Positions 29,958 through 39,615 of a DNA stretch of 64,000 nucleotides are shown piece after piece; within the stretch, counting starts at the first letter, position 1; each line of letters begins with the position of its first letter. The stretch comes from Paracoccaceae bacterium (GTDB taxonomy: Bacteria > Pseudomonadota > Alphaproteobacteria > Rhodobacterales > Rhodobacteraceae), in contig JADGFD010000005.1 in NCBI GenBank assembly GCA_016744015.1, positions 66,208-130,207 of the forward strand, read 5' to 3'. A program made the translations under genes and the position numbers. The notes under the pieces were generated by a model that saw nothing but the letters and a program-made list of their open reading frames with translations, made no database searches and was not told where the DNA came from.

Positions 29958-30383
29958 CTAGTCCTTGCGGAAGAATTTCTTCTCGCGGGGTTTGCCATCC
30001 CAGCCGGGCTTGCCCTTGGGCGCGCCGCGATCATCGCCGCCACCAAAAGATTTGCCGCCGCCGTCACGGTCGCCGCCATAGGGCTTGCCGCCGCCTTTGT
30101 AGCCGCCACGATCACCACCACGGTCTCCGCCTTTGTAGCCGCCACGGTCACCACCGCGATCGCCGCCACCTTTGTAGCCGCCACGATCACCGCCGCCTTT
30201 ATAACCCCCGCCGCCTTCGCGAACTTCCCATTTTTTGATCAGTAATGCATTAAAGCTGTCGCGATGAATGGTGCCTTCGTTGCACCATACTGTTGAGATC
30301 ATATCACCCTCAACACTTTCGATCGCCATGCGGGGTGAACCCGCAGTAAGGGCCACGATATCGCCCAGTTTATAGTCCGCCAT
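29958..30383 (-). CDS. DUF2158 (YodC-like) small protein fused to a Gly/Arg/Asp/Tyr/Lys-rich repetitive tail
   Basis: 'MADYKLGDIVALTAGSPRMAIESVEGDMISTVWCNEG', then repeats of GGYKGGGDRGG. SD GGAGAGAG. Confidence 0.6.
   Translation of the reverse strand: MADYKLGDIVALTAGSPRMAIESVEGDMISTVWCNEGTIHRDSFNALLIKKWEVREGGGGYKGGGDRGGYKGGGDRGGDRGGYKGGDRGGDRGGYKGGGKPYGGDRDGGGKSFGGGDDRGAPKGKPGWDGKPREKKFFRKD
30040..30235 (-). repeat. imperfect tandem DNA repeats (~30-40 nt units) encoding the GGYKGGGDRGG tail
   Basis: The unit CTTTGTAGCCGCCACGATCACCACC recurs on the plus strand. Confidence 0.6.
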
Positions 30384-30566
30384 TTTCTCTCTCCATATAC
30401 AACGCCGCATCTCTTAGCAGACGCTCTACATAGCGGCTTTTGGAAGAGTTACAATAGAAAAGCGCGAATAGTGCTTCTGCTTTACTTTGAATCGCAATGC
30501 CCTCCCCTTGGTTTCTCTCAAACGCGCATTGCGATAATACCCGCCTCAAAGAAAAGCTAAAGCGCT

Positions 30567-31325
30567 TTAGTAGCTGCGTTCGACCAGTGTTTTACTGAGC
30601 TTATCATAAGGCATGGCACCGTTCCACCAGATCATCGGGGCCACCCACCACAAGATATAAACAAACGTTGCCGCCCCAAGAAAGCCAAGCACAAGCGCTA
30701 TATCTTCACCCTTTTGCAGCAACGGCACGACCTGCTCCAGCGAATAGGCGGGAGCAAACATACCAACTAAAAACAGCACAATTGCCGGCGCAAATTTGAG
30801 GATCTCGCGTTGTGCAACTTGAACAAAACTTGGGTAATCACCATCATTTTTAATAACCTGCACTTGCGTGACCTTTTTGCCAAAAGACTGCCCTTGCAGA
30901 AAAAAGGTCATTAAAATCAACAGCACAAGCACAAGCACGGGCTGCAAATAAGCCAAAGGGAAAGAGGGCGAAACTTGCTGCCCAGCATCATCCAGCGCCA
31001 CGGAAATGGTCTTCGCATCATCCGCAATGCCGCCCTCGGCATTGGTGTGGCTGCTCACCAAAAGGGTTGATCCGGCAAAGAATCCGTTTTGGTAGGCGCT
31101 GCACAAGCTGCCGTTTTCAGCCTCAACGCCCTGCGCAGTAAAATAGTCCTGCGACTCTGGCGCAAGTGGCACTGTTCGGCAACTGACCGATTGATATATT
31201 CCACCGCTAAGCCGCACGGAATTTCCGTCCGCAAAAGGCACTGTTATATAAAAAATAAGCTGGCTCAGCAGAATTATATCTATCACCGCCGCAATCAAGC
31301 GACGCATAAAATGCCGTGGTTCCAC
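30567..31325 (-). CDS. RDD family membrane protein, tentative
   Basis: 'MRRLIAAVIDIIL' and a TM profile with a large central loop. Confidence 0.5.
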   Translation of the reverse strand: MEPRHFMRRLIAAVIDIILLSQLIFYITVPFADGNSVRLSGGIYQSVSCRTVPLAPESQDYFTAQGVEAENGSLCSAYQNGFFAGSTLLVSSHTNAEGGIADDAKTISVALDDAGQQVSPSFPLAYLQPVLVLVLLILMTFFLQGQSFGKKVTQVQVIKNDGDYPSFVQVAQREILKFAPAIVLFLVGMFAPAYSLEQVVPLLQKGEDIALVLGFLGAATFVYILWWVAPMIWWNGAMPYDKLSKTLVERSY

Positions 31326-31433
31326 TGCCCTGTCTCCTCTGAGCCGTTATTGGCTTCTTCGCCGCGCATAATGTCAGGCTTTATTGATTCCAACAAGCGC
31401 AAAAGCCCGCCCGATTGCTCGGGCGGGGCCGGT

Positions 31434-32567
31434 TTAATCCCGCAGTTTCGCAAGGTCGTTAAGCAACCCGTCGGTGCCGTTATGCACCGTCAGGCGCTCA
31501 ACCTTACCTGCAATCGCCTCCAGCGCTTCCAGCTCTTTAAGCCGCAGCATTACCGGGTTTTCGGCCATCACCTTGGCGGTGTTGAGCAGCGAGCGCGTGG
31601 CGTTAGTTTCCTCGCGCCGTTTGATCACGTTAGCCTCGGCGGCCTTGGTAGCGGCCACAACCTGGTTGAGGATATCGCGCATTTCGCCCGGCAAAATCAC
31701 ATCTTTCAACGCGATCTCCCCTAGCTCAACCCCGATCTCCGCCATTTCAGCGCGAACCTTATCCGCCGCCTCGGTATCAACGCTCACCTTCTCGGCCAAC
31801 AGGTCATCCAGCGTGCGCGCTCCTAGCGTTTTGCGGAAGGCAAACTGAAGCGCGCGGTGCAGGGCTTCCTCAAAATCCTTAACCGTGGTGACCGCTTTGA
31901 GCGGGTCCGCCACCCGGAAATCAGCTGCGAGGTTTACCCGCAGTGTCACCCGATCTTTGGTCAGGATCTCCTGCCCTGTCACATCATGCGCCCGCCAACG
32001 GGTATCCACCAGCTTAGCCTTAACCATCTGCGCAACCGCCCAGAAATGGTGTGTGCCAGCCGGCAAAACCCGCGTGAAACTGCCATCAACCTCCAGCAGG
32101 CCAACCCAGCCATCCGGCACCGCAACTGCGGCTACAGATTTTGGAAAGCCCGCCTTCCAGAGCCTTTGCCCAAGCTTTGGCGCAATTGCCAAATCTTCAG
32201 TGATATCAAAGGACTCCACCTCCCAAGGCCCGGCATCTAGCCACAGCGTATTTTGGTTGCTTGGCCCAAGCACAAAGCGCACACGACCCTCGCGCGAAAT
32301 CACTTTTACCTCGCCATCGCCAGCGGTTACCCGCAGCAAATGTGCCTCGGCCAGCTCAGGGCGTTCGCGGTTCAGCGCGTCCTTCAAAGGGGTGGCAAAC
32401 TCGGGCGTGTTGAGGTCAAACATATGCACCTGTGCGCTCTTTTTCAGCCGGTGCTCGCCCGCCTTCAAAATATCCGCAAAGCGGCCTTTTTCCAACACCA
32501 GCGCCCGCTGGTTTTCTGTGACCACCACCCTTTTGGTGCCAGTCAATACATCCAATAGTTTTACCAT
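31434..32567 (-). CDS. SPFH/band 7 (slipin-like) family protein
   Basis: C-terminal SPFH core 'VDTRWRAHDVTGQEILTKDRVTLRVN...FRVADPLKAV' with coiled-coil. SD AAGGA before ATG 32567. No N-terminal TM. Confidence 0.75.
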   Translation of the reverse strand: MVKLLDVLTGTKRVVVTENQRALVLEKGRFADILKAGEHRLKKSAQVHMFDLNTPEFATPLKDALNRERPELAEAHLLRVTAGDGEVKVISREGRVRFVLGPSNQNTLWLDAGPWEVESFDITEDLAIAPKLGQRLWKAGFPKSVAAVAVPDGWVGLLEVDGSFTRVLPAGTHHFWAVAQMVKAKLVDTRWRAHDVTGQEILTKDRVTLRVNLAADFRVADPLKAVTTVKDFEEALHRALQFAFRKTLGARTLDDLLAEKVSVDTEAADKVRAEMAEIGVELGEIALKDVILPGEMRDILNQVVAATKAAEANVIKRREETNATRSLLNTAKVMAENPVMLRLKELEALEAIAGKVERLTVHNGTDGLLNDLAKLRD

Positions 32568-32797
32568 GTTCTTAATCCTTTGATTATCGTCGTCGCAATG
32601 CGAGCTCCTAAGTTTGGGTTGAGGGTTAAAGTTAAAGCGCCCGAAACCGGCGGCATGAAGTTTGGCGGCCCAAGGGAGAGTGGAGCGCGCGTGCATGGAT
32701 GGGGTTTGGGCGCTCTAAAGCCCCCGCACCTGATCCATTCAGGCCCAATTCTTCATCCCCTCGGCGGTCATCCCCCAAGGTGCTACCGGCTCCAAAA

Positions 32798-32812
32798 GGG
32801 GGCAAGCCCCCC
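32798..32812. repeat. GGGGGC-AA-GCCCCC hairpin nested in an outer GGCTC/GAGCC stem (REP-like element)
   Basis: The same motif is found at 17447-17466 and 41494-41508. Confidence 0.45.
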
Positions 32813-32864
32813 GCCAGAGCCAGCACCACAAGCCAGTTCCGGGAACCAATTTTTGCCTTTCGGC

Positions 32865-32936
32865 AGTTTGAGGCCGGACTCGAACCGGCTACAAATAGAT
32901 TAGATTCTATCGCTCTACCAGATGAGCTACTCATGT
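32865..32936 (-). tRNA. tRNA-like element with canonical D- and T-arms but a 6-nt anticodon loop and a mostly unpaired acceptor stem (probable tRNA pseudogene/remnant)
   Basis: Minus-strand read ACATGAG-TA-GCTCATCTGGTAGAGC-G-ATAGA-ATCTAA-TCTAT-TTGTA-GCCGGTTCGAGTCCGGC-CTCAAAC. Only 4 of 7 acceptor pairs form. Confidence 0.35.
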
Positions 32937-33167
32937 TGGAGTTGAACCAACGGACTGTCGCGGAAAACCGCATACCAGTTTCACCCGTGTGCAACCTGTT
33001 TATCCCTGCTTTGGCATACGGGTTAAGGCAAAGCCCCCCGCACCAGTGGTGTTGCAACACCAGCCGTTAAAGTCAGTTCCTATTCAGGCAACGAGCACCC
33101 TATAGGGCGGAAGATAGATTCGACACAACAGGGGGTTGCGGAAAAACCTTTCACTGCGACAATTTTG

Positions 33168-34385
33168 TCACAGCTCGACATTCAGGTGCTCAGCCACCGA
33201 GAAAATGTCTTTATCACCGCGACCACTCAGGTTCACCACCATCAGGTGGTCCGCAGGAAGGTCTGGCACAATTTTGGCCACATAGGCCAGCGCGTGGGAG
33301 CTTTCAAGCGCGGGGATAATCCCCTCTTTCGCACACAGAAGCTGAAACGCTTCCAGCGCTTCGGTGTCGGTCACCGACTTATATTCAACCCGCCCGATAT
33401 CATGCAGCCAAGAGTGCTCCGGCCCGATGCCGGGGTAGTCTAGCCCTGCCGAAATAGAGTGGCCCTCAAGGATTTGGCCGTCTTCGTCTTGCAGCAAATA
33501 GGTGCGGTTGCCGTGCAGCACGCCGGGGCGGCCGCCGGAAATGCTCGCCGCATGCTCCATGCGGTCATCCACTCCGTGGCCACCAGCCTCAACGCCGATA
33601 ATGCGCACACTTTCATCGTCCAAAAACGGGTGAAACAGCCCCATGGCGTTAGAGCCGCCACCAATGCAGGCAACCAAGCTATCAGGCAAACGGCCTTCTT
33701 GTTCCTCTAGCTGCCAGCGGGTTTCCTTGCCAATAATGGTTTGAAAATCCCGCACCATCGCGGGGTATGGGTGCGGGCCAGCCACAGTGCCGATGCAGTA
33801 AAACGTCTCGTCTACATTGGTAACCCAATCGCGCATCGCCTCGTTCATCGCGTCTTTCAGCGTACCACGGCCTGCGGTTACGGGGATCACTTCAGCCCCG
33901 AGTAGTTTCATCCGAAACACGTTGGGCGATTGCCGGTCCACATCGGTTTTCCCCATAAAAACCACACATTTCAGGCCAAACTTGGCGCACACCGTGGCCG
34001 TGGCCACCCCGTGCTGCCCCGCGCCGGTTTCGGCAATAATTCGGGTTTTACCCATGCGGCGGGCCAGAAGTATCTGCCCCAACACATTGTTAATTTTATG
34101 CGCGCCGGTGTGGTTCAACTCGTCCCGTTTCAAATAAATCTTGGCCCCGCCAAAATGCTCTGTCAGGCGTTCGGCAAAATAAAGCGGGCTGGGGCGGCCC
34201 ACATAGTGCTTCCAGAGCTGCTCCATTTCGGCCCAAAAACTATCGTCCGTTTTAGCAAACTCATATTGCGCTTCCAGCTCCAATATCAGCGGCATCAAGG
34301 TTTCAGACACAAAGCGCCCGCCATGAATGCCATAGCGGCCCTGCTCGTCTGGGCCTTGCATGTATGAATTTTTGTTATTGGTCAT
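33168..34385 (-). CDS. trpB: tryptophan synthase beta subunit
   Basis: PLP-dependent TrpB motifs 'HTGAHKINN' and 'GGGSNAMG'. Confidence 0.95.
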   Translation of the reverse strand: MTNNKNSYMQGPDEQGRYGIHGGRFVSETLMPLILELEAQYEFAKTDDSFWAEMEQLWKHYVGRPSPLYFAERLTEHFGGAKIYLKRDELNHTGAHKINNVLGQILLARRMGKTRIIAETGAGQHGVATATVCAKFGLKCVVFMGKTDVDRQSPNVFRMKLLGAEVIPVTAGRGTLKDAMNEAMRDWVTNVDETFYCIGTVAGPHPYPAMVRDFQTIIGKETRWQLEEQEGRLPDSLVACIGGGSNAMGLFHPFLDDESVRIIGVEAGGHGVDDRMEHAASISGGRPGVLHGNRTYLLQDEDGQILEGHSISAGLDYPGIGPEHSWLHDIGRVEYKSVTDTEALEAFQLLCAKEGIIPALESSHALAYVAKIVPDLPADHLMVVNLSGRGDKDIFSVAEHLNVEL

Positions 34386-34418
34386 CTTAAAAGCCTCACC
34401 TACGGGTTTGGCTCCCTC

Positions 34419-35057
34419 TTAGCCCACAACGCCAGCGGCTTCAATAAAGGCTTTTATCAGGGCCACATCTTTCACGCCCTTGGTGGATTCCACCCCCGAA
34501 GATACATCCACCTGCTGTGCCCCCGTCAGCCGAATGGCTTCGGCCACATTGTTGGGCACCAGCCCGCCAGCCAGCATCCAAGGGCGCTGCCATTTGCGGC
34601 CGGAAATCAAACGCCAGTCAAAAGAAAGCCCGTTGCCGCCGGGCAATACGGCATTTTTGGGTGGCTTGGCGTCGACCAAAATTTGGTCCGCAACCGCTTC
34701 ATAATCGGAGATCTGCGCGATATCGGCATGATCCGCGACCCCAATAGCCTTCATCACCGGCAAGCCAATGCGCGCCCGAATTTCGGCCACGCGCCCTGGC
34801 GTTTCCGCGCCGTGGAGCTGTAGTATATCCAGTGGCACGTTCGTTATAATCTCATCAATTTCAGCATCTGTTGCATTCACAACCAACGCGACCTTCGCCA
34901 CCCCGAAAGGGGTGACAACAGCCAAATCCGCCGCCTGCGCGGGGGAAACATACCGTGGTGATTTTGGGAAAAAGTTAAGCCCGATATAACGCGCACCAGC
35001 CTGTGCCGCTGCCTCAACATCGGCACAATCCTTAAGACCGCAAATTTTAACACGCAT
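34419..35057 (-). CDS. trpF: phosphoribosylanthranilate isomerase
   Basis: 'MRVKICGL...[12 protein letters not shown]'. Confidence 0.9.
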   Translation of the reverse strand: MRVKICGLKDCADVEAAAQAGARYIGLNFFPKSPRYVSPAQAADLAVVTPFGVAKVALVVNATDAEIDEIITNVPLDILQLHGAETPGRVAEIRARIGLPVMKAIGVADHADIAQISDYEAVADQILVDAKPPKNAVLPGGNGLSFDWRLISGRKWQRPWMLAGGLVPNNVAEAIRLTGAQQVDVSSGVESTKGVKDVALIKAFIEAAGVVG

Positions 35058-35395
35058 TAATTCAGCAATGCCAAAACGTCGTCTTCGTCAGACCCGTTTG
35101 ACTTTTTCAACTGGGCCAGCTCGGCACTCAGCGCGGCGGCTTCACGGTTTTTCACGGCGGCTTGGCGGCGGTATTTATGCTCGCGGAAATACTCAAGGAA
35201 ATATCCCAGCAGCAGGCCCGCGCCGATAGCGGCAAATATGATTACAAAAAGCGGCACCTGATAGCTGAGCGCCCCCGCATAAGGCAGCCCCTCAGGCAAG
35301 GCCGACACCAAAACCGCCTCGCGGTTGGCAAGGGCCAGCAACACCAAGGCAGCCATGAAGGCTGCCAAAATTATGTATTTAATATAGCGCATCAT
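35057..35395 (-). CDS. lapA: LapA-family (DUF1049) inner-membrane protein
   Basis: Two TM segments and a C-terminal coiled-coil. Conserved position between ihfB and trpF. Confidence 0.65.
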   Translation of the reverse strand: MMRYIKYIILAAFMAALVLLALANREAVLVSALPEGLPYAGALSYQVPLFVIIFAAIGAGLLLGYFLEYFREHKYRRQAAVKNREAAALSAELAQLKKSNGSDEDDVLALLN

Positions 35396-35416
35396 GATCT
35401 CTAGAATAAGCGCGGG

Positions 35417-35698
35417 TTACTTGCCGTTCAAGCGGTCCCGCAAAAGTTTTCCGGTCTTGAAAAACGGAACGTGCTTTTCTTCAACATTTACGGTTTCACC
35501 CGTGCGCGGGTTACGCCCTGTGCGCGCCTCACGTTTTTTCACCGAAAACGCACCAAAGCCGCGAAGCTCTACGCGTTTTCCTTCGGCCATCGCTTCGACG
35601 ATCTCGTCAAAAATGGTCCCTACAATGCGCTCAACGTCCCGTTGGTAAAGGTGCGGGTTTTCATCGGCGATCTTTTGAACCAGTTCGGATTTTATCAT
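35417..35698 (-). CDS. ihfB: integration host factor subunit beta
   Basis: '[11 protein letters not shown]...[23 protein letters not shown]'. Confidence 0.9.
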   Translation of the reverse strand: MIKSELVQKIADENPHLYQRDVERIVGTIFDEIVEAMAEGKRVELRGFGAFSVKKREARTGRNPRTGETVNVEEKHVPFFKTGKLLRDRLNGK

Positions 35699-35790
35699 TA
35701 TTGTTCCCCTCCAAGTTGTCGAGCCTACGCAGAGGCGCCCCGTCAAGCACCGATCACATTTCACTGTTTACATATGTATTGTGCCACGCC

Positions 35791-36732
35791 TTAGCGGGTT
35801 ATGGAATAGAGCGCGGGCGATTCAGAGGCAGAAAAACGATCAAGTAGCGGATTTATGCCCAATAATGTAGATAAAATCCCATTATACCAAGGCTGTGCCC
35901 GTGTTAGCGCCCAATCTTCCACATCCAGATCACCTAACGTAGGCGTAACCGATTCGAGATACACGCGAAGCTCGGCCTCGCCACCTAGCGCATCTATCAG
36001 CCCGTTTCTCACCGCTGTGCGGCCGGAAAACACGCCGCCTGTCGTAACGTCATCTAGCGCGTTTCCGCTCAGGTTGCGTCGCTCGGATACAAGGGTTTTA
36101 AACCATGCAAATGTTTCTGCAATCAAAGCCTCTTGTGCGGCCATTTCCGCTGGGCTGGCCTCGCGAAACGGGCTAACCCCGCCTTTGATTTCAGAGCTAC
36201 GGACAACCTGCATTTCAACACCAATTTGGGAAAGTAAGCCGCTCATATCAGGGTATTCCATGATCACCCCGATCGAGCCGGTAATGGTATTTGAGCGCGC
36301 CACGATATAGTCAGCCCCCAAGGCTGCAATATAGCCACCAGACGCCGCCACACCTGCCATCTGCGCGACCACCGGCTTTTTAGCCGCCACAGCCCGCAGG
36401 TTTTCGTAAAGGATTTCGGAGCCAACAACCGTGCCGCCGGGCGAATTGATTATGACAATCAGTGCCTTCACATCATCATCAGCCGCAATTTTCGCGAGCA
36501 CGTCCTCGCGGTAGCGGCTTTGGGTGATGATGCCGTCAATGCTGATACGGGCAATGTGCTTGCCCGTCGGAAATTCACTTTCCGCGTTGGCCAGCGCCCA
36601 CCAGATAAGCCCCCCCAGCAACAGCACCATAAGCCCGATACCGCGCCAAAAACCAGAGCGGCGCCACTTACGGCGCCGCTCCTCATAAAGGTCTCTCTCA
36701 AGGCCTTCTTTATTGCCATCCCAAGGGGGCAT
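35791..36732 (-). CDS. sppA: signal peptide peptidase SppA (S49 family, 36K type)
   Basis: 'ASGGYIAALGADYIVA' and 'SIGVIM'. N-terminal TM. Confidence 0.85.
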   Translation of the reverse strand: MPPWDGNKEGLERDLYEERRRKWRRSGFWRGIGLMVLLLGGLIWWALANAESEFPTGKHIARISIDGIITQSRYREDVLAKIAADDDVKALIVIINSPGGTVVGSEILYENLRAVAAKKPVVAQMAGVAASGGYIAALGADYIVARSNTITGSIGVIMEYPDMSGLLSQIGVEMQVVRSSEIKGGVSPFREASPAEMAAQEALIAETFAWFKTLVSERRNLSGNALDDVTTGGVFSGRTAVRNGLIDALGGEAELRVYLESVTPTLGDLDVEDWALTRAQPWYNGILSTLLGINPLLDRFSASESPALYSITR

Positions 36733-38414
36733 TAGTCGTCAGTGCTCTTCAGCGCTGCGCCAAGGATATCGCCGAGTGAAGCACCGGAGTCAGATGACCC
36801 ATACTGCTCAATGGCTTCCTTCTCTTCGGCAATCTCACGGGCTTTGATCGAAAGACCAAGGCGGCGGGTTGCTTTGTCGATATTGGTGACGCGGGCGTCG
36901 ATCTTGTCACCCACTGAGAAACGCTCAGGGCGTTGCTCGGCACGGTCACGCGAAAGATCGGAGCGACGGATGAAGGACTTCATGCCGTCATACGTAACTT
37001 CAATGCCGCCATCTTCAATCGACGTCACTTCAACGGTTACGATAGCACCGCGCTTGATGCCGCCAACGGCGCCTTCAAACGGATCATCGCCAAGCTCTTT
37101 GATCGACAGGGAGATGCGCTCTTTGTCGGCATCAATGTCGGTCACAACCGCTTTCACAGTGTCACCCTTTTGGTAGTCCTGAATGGCTTCCTCGCCGGAG
37201 CGATCCCAATCAAGGCCCGAAAGGTGAACCATGCCGTCAATATCGCCATCCAAGCCAATAAACAGGCCGAATTCAGTGATATTCTTAACTTCACCTTCAA
37301 CTTCGGTGCCCACTGGGTAAGCGCCTGCGAAATTCTCCCACGGGTTGCCCTGAGTTTGCTTCAGGCCAAGGGATACACGGCGTTTAACAGTGTCGATTTC
37401 CAGCACCATAACTTCAACTTCTTCCGAAGTAGAAACGATTTTGCCCGGGTGCACGTTCTTTTTGGTCCAAGACATTTCAGAAACGTGAACAAGGCCTTCA
37501 ACGCCAGCTTCAAGCTCAACAAATGCACCGTAATCGGTGATGTTGGTGACGCGGCCTTTGTGGGTAGACTCAAGCGGATAACGCCCTTCTACATCGGCCC
37601 ATGGGTCTTCTTGCAGCTGCTTCATGCCAAGCGAAATACGCATGGTTTCGCGGTTGATCTTCACAACCTGCACTTTAACAGTTGCCCCAATTTCCAGAAT
37701 TTCGGAAGGGTGGTTCACACGGCGCCATGCCATGTCTGTTACGTGCAGCAAGCCGTCTACGCCGCCAAGGTCAACAAACGCACCGTAATCAGTGATGTTC
37801 TTAACCACACCGTCAACAGTGTCGCCTTCAGCAAGCTTGCCAACGATTTCAGCGCGCTGTTCAGCACGGGATTCTTCAAGAATGGCGCGGCGGGACACAA
37901 CGATGTTACCACGGCGACGGTCCATTTTCAAAATCTGGAAGGGTTGAGCCAAGCCCATCAGCGGGCCAGCATCACGCACGGGGCGCACATCAACCTGAGA
38001 GCCGGGAAGGAACGCAACTGCGCCGCCAAGGTCAACCGTAAAGCCGCCTTTGACGCGGCCAAACATGGCACCCTCAACACGCTCTTCTTTTTCATAGGCT
38101 TTCTCAAGCCGGTCCCAAGCTTCCTCACGGCGGGCTTTTTCACGGCTAATCGCCGCTTCGCCACGCTGGTTTTCAACGCGTTCGAGGAATACCTCAACGG
38201 TGTCGCCAACTTCTACTTCAGGGGCTTGGCCGGGCTCGGCAAATTCTTTTAGCTCAACACGGCCTTCCATTTTGTAGCCGATGTCGATGATAGCTTGGCC
38301 AGCTTCAATTGCGATAACTGTGCCTTTGACGACAGATCCCTCGTCAGGGGTTTCAAGTTCAAAGCTCTCGTTTAGAAGGGCTTCAAAGTCTTCCATGGAT
38401 GCGGAAGTAGCCAT
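36732..38414 (-). CDS. rpsA: 30S ribosomal protein S1
   Basis: Six S1 repeats. Start 'MATSASMEDFEALLNESFE' with SD GGAGA. Confidence 0.95.
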   Translation of the reverse strand: MATSASMEDFEALLNESFELETPDEGSVVKGTVIAIEAGQAIIDIGYKMEGRVELKEFAEPGQAPEVEVGDTVEVFLERVENQRGEAAISREKARREEAWDRLEKAYEKEERVEGAMFGRVKGGFTVDLGGAVAFLPGSQVDVRPVRDAGPLMGLAQPFQILKMDRRRGNIVVSRRAILEESRAEQRAEIVGKLAEGDTVDGVVKNITDYGAFVDLGGVDGLLHVTDMAWRRVNHPSEILEIGATVKVQVVKINRETMRISLGMKQLQEDPWADVEGRYPLESTHKGRVTNITDYGAFVELEAGVEGLVHVSEMSWTKKNVHPGKIVSTSEEVEVMVLEIDTVKRRVSLGLKQTQGNPWENFAGAYPVGTEVEGEVKNITEFGLFIGLDGDIDGMVHLSGLDWDRSGEEAIQDYQKGDTVKAVVTDIDADKERISLSIKELGDDPFEGAVGGIKRGAIVTVEVTSIEDGGIEVTYDGMKSFIRRSDLSRDRAEQRPERFSVGDKIDARVTNIDKATRRLGLSIKAREIAEEKEAIEQYGSSDSGASLGDILGAALKSTDD

Positions 38415-38676
38415 AAATAGTGTCTCCAGATATGTGTTACGGGCCGAGCGGTTGGGTCCGCCGGTCTTTAGGTTTCGAGTCTGAGGCTGTGGAACGCGTA
38501 AAAGCGCCTCGGGGCTTACGCTTTTCCGAATCGCTGCTTTACGGGTGCCACCACCTCGGCGACAGCCGCGTCTATAACGGTTAAACCCCAATGCCGCAAG
38601 GCCGATGATTGCAGCACGCTAGGGGGATTGATACTAATCAATGCACCACCCGCATAGCACGCGCTATCGTTAGCAC

Positions 38677-39615
38677 ATGGAAGACGATGTTCATATTAAA
38701 TGGCTAATGCAAGGCGATGTGTCTATTGCATGGCAAGCCGCGCGAGACCTGCTGGGGGAAAACCGGCCCGATTTGCGCAGCCGAATTGCGACCGAAGGCT
38801 GGGGGAAGGCCTTTTTGGCCGCCCGCAACGCTGATGGCTTCTGGGGTGAACGGTTTTACGCCCCCCGCTGGGCCTGCACTCATTACGTGCTGCTGGAGCT
38901 CCAAGCCATGGGCTTCCCACCCGAGCACCCCGAAATACGCGCCATCGTGGCCCAAATTCTGGACACCCACATAGCGCGCGACGGCGGATTGGGAGAATCG
39001 GTGAATGGCCTCAAAAGCGACGTGTGCATCAACGGCATGTTTTTGAACTATGCCAGCTATTTTGGTGCTAGGGCCAACGGGCTGCGCTCGGTGATTGATT
39101 TTCTGCTTTCCATGCACATGCCCGATGGTGGTTTTAACTGTAGCCTCAATCGCGCGGGGGCCACGCACAGCTCACTTCACAGCACCACATCAGTGCTGGA
39201 AGGCTTCTGGGCGTATGAGAGCCATGGCTATACTTACCGGCTCGCCGAAGTGCAGCAGGCAGCACAGACAGCGCGGGCCTTTATCCTGCAACACCGATTT
39301 TACAAATCAGACCGCACGGGAAAAGTGATCAATAAAGACTTTCTCAAAATGCCTTACCCGCCGCGCTGGCGCTACAACACCTTGCGTGCACTTGACCATT
39401 TCCGTGCCGCCGGGCAGCCCTATGCCCCTGAAATGCAAGACGCGCTAGCAGCTCTTGAGGCACGGCGGCGGGCAGATGGCCTATGGCCGCGGATGGCTAT
39501 GATTCCGGGAAAGGTGTTTTTTACCATGGAGCCGCCGCGCGGGCCAAGCCGCTGGAACACCCTTCTGGCGCTGCGCGTGCTAAAAGCCTATCCGCGTGCG
39601 CCTAATGCGGCTTGA
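38677..39615 (+). CDS. hypothetical protein with four DGG(F/W/L) repeats, possibly a prenyltransferase/squalene-cyclase-like alpha/alpha-toroid fold
   Basis: Repeats 'NADGFWGE', 'ARDGGLGE', 'MPDGGFNC', 'RADGLWPR'. Its 3' end overlaps the cmk 3' end by 28 nt. Confidence 0.4.
   Translation: MEDDVHIKWLMQGDVSIAWQAARDLLGENRPDLRSRIATEGWGKAFLAARNADGFWGERFYAPRWACTHYVLLELQAMGFPPEHPEIRAIVAQILDTHIARDGGLGESVNGLKSDVCINGMFLNYASYFGARANGLRSVIDFLLSMHMPDGGFNCSLNRAGATHSSLHSTTSVLEGFWAYESHGYTYRLAEVQQAAQTARAFILQHRFYKSDRTGKVINKDFLKMPYPPRWRYNTLRALDHFRAAGQPYAPEMQDALAALEARRRADGLWPRMAMIPGKVFFTMEPPRGPSRWNTLLALRVLKAYPRAPNAA

Noticed and set aside
32865-32936. Amber-suppressor tRNA (anticodon CUA) reading of the tRNA-like element
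   Set aside because: The CUA reading requires a 7-nt loop. The stem ATAGA/TCTAT leaves only 6 loop nucleotides, and the acceptor stem does not pair.
32568-33167. Possible tmRNA (ssrA, including the permuted alphaproteobacterial type), suggested by the T-arm-like motifs GGTTCGAGTCC and GGTTCAACTCC and a GATTCGAC string on the opposite strand
   Set aside because: There is no tag reading frame (no ANDN-type codon run such as AACGACAAC) and no CCA end. Both T-arm motifs are on the minus strand while the GATTCGAC string is on the plus strand, and a plus-strand gene starting there would run straight into the opposite-strand trpB CDS 55 bp downstream. The element folds better as a degenerate tRNA.
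36933-38252. 439-aa ORF on the plus strand
   Set aside because: It lies entirely antisense to rpsA. It is a typical high-GC antisense open frame with no protein-like composition.
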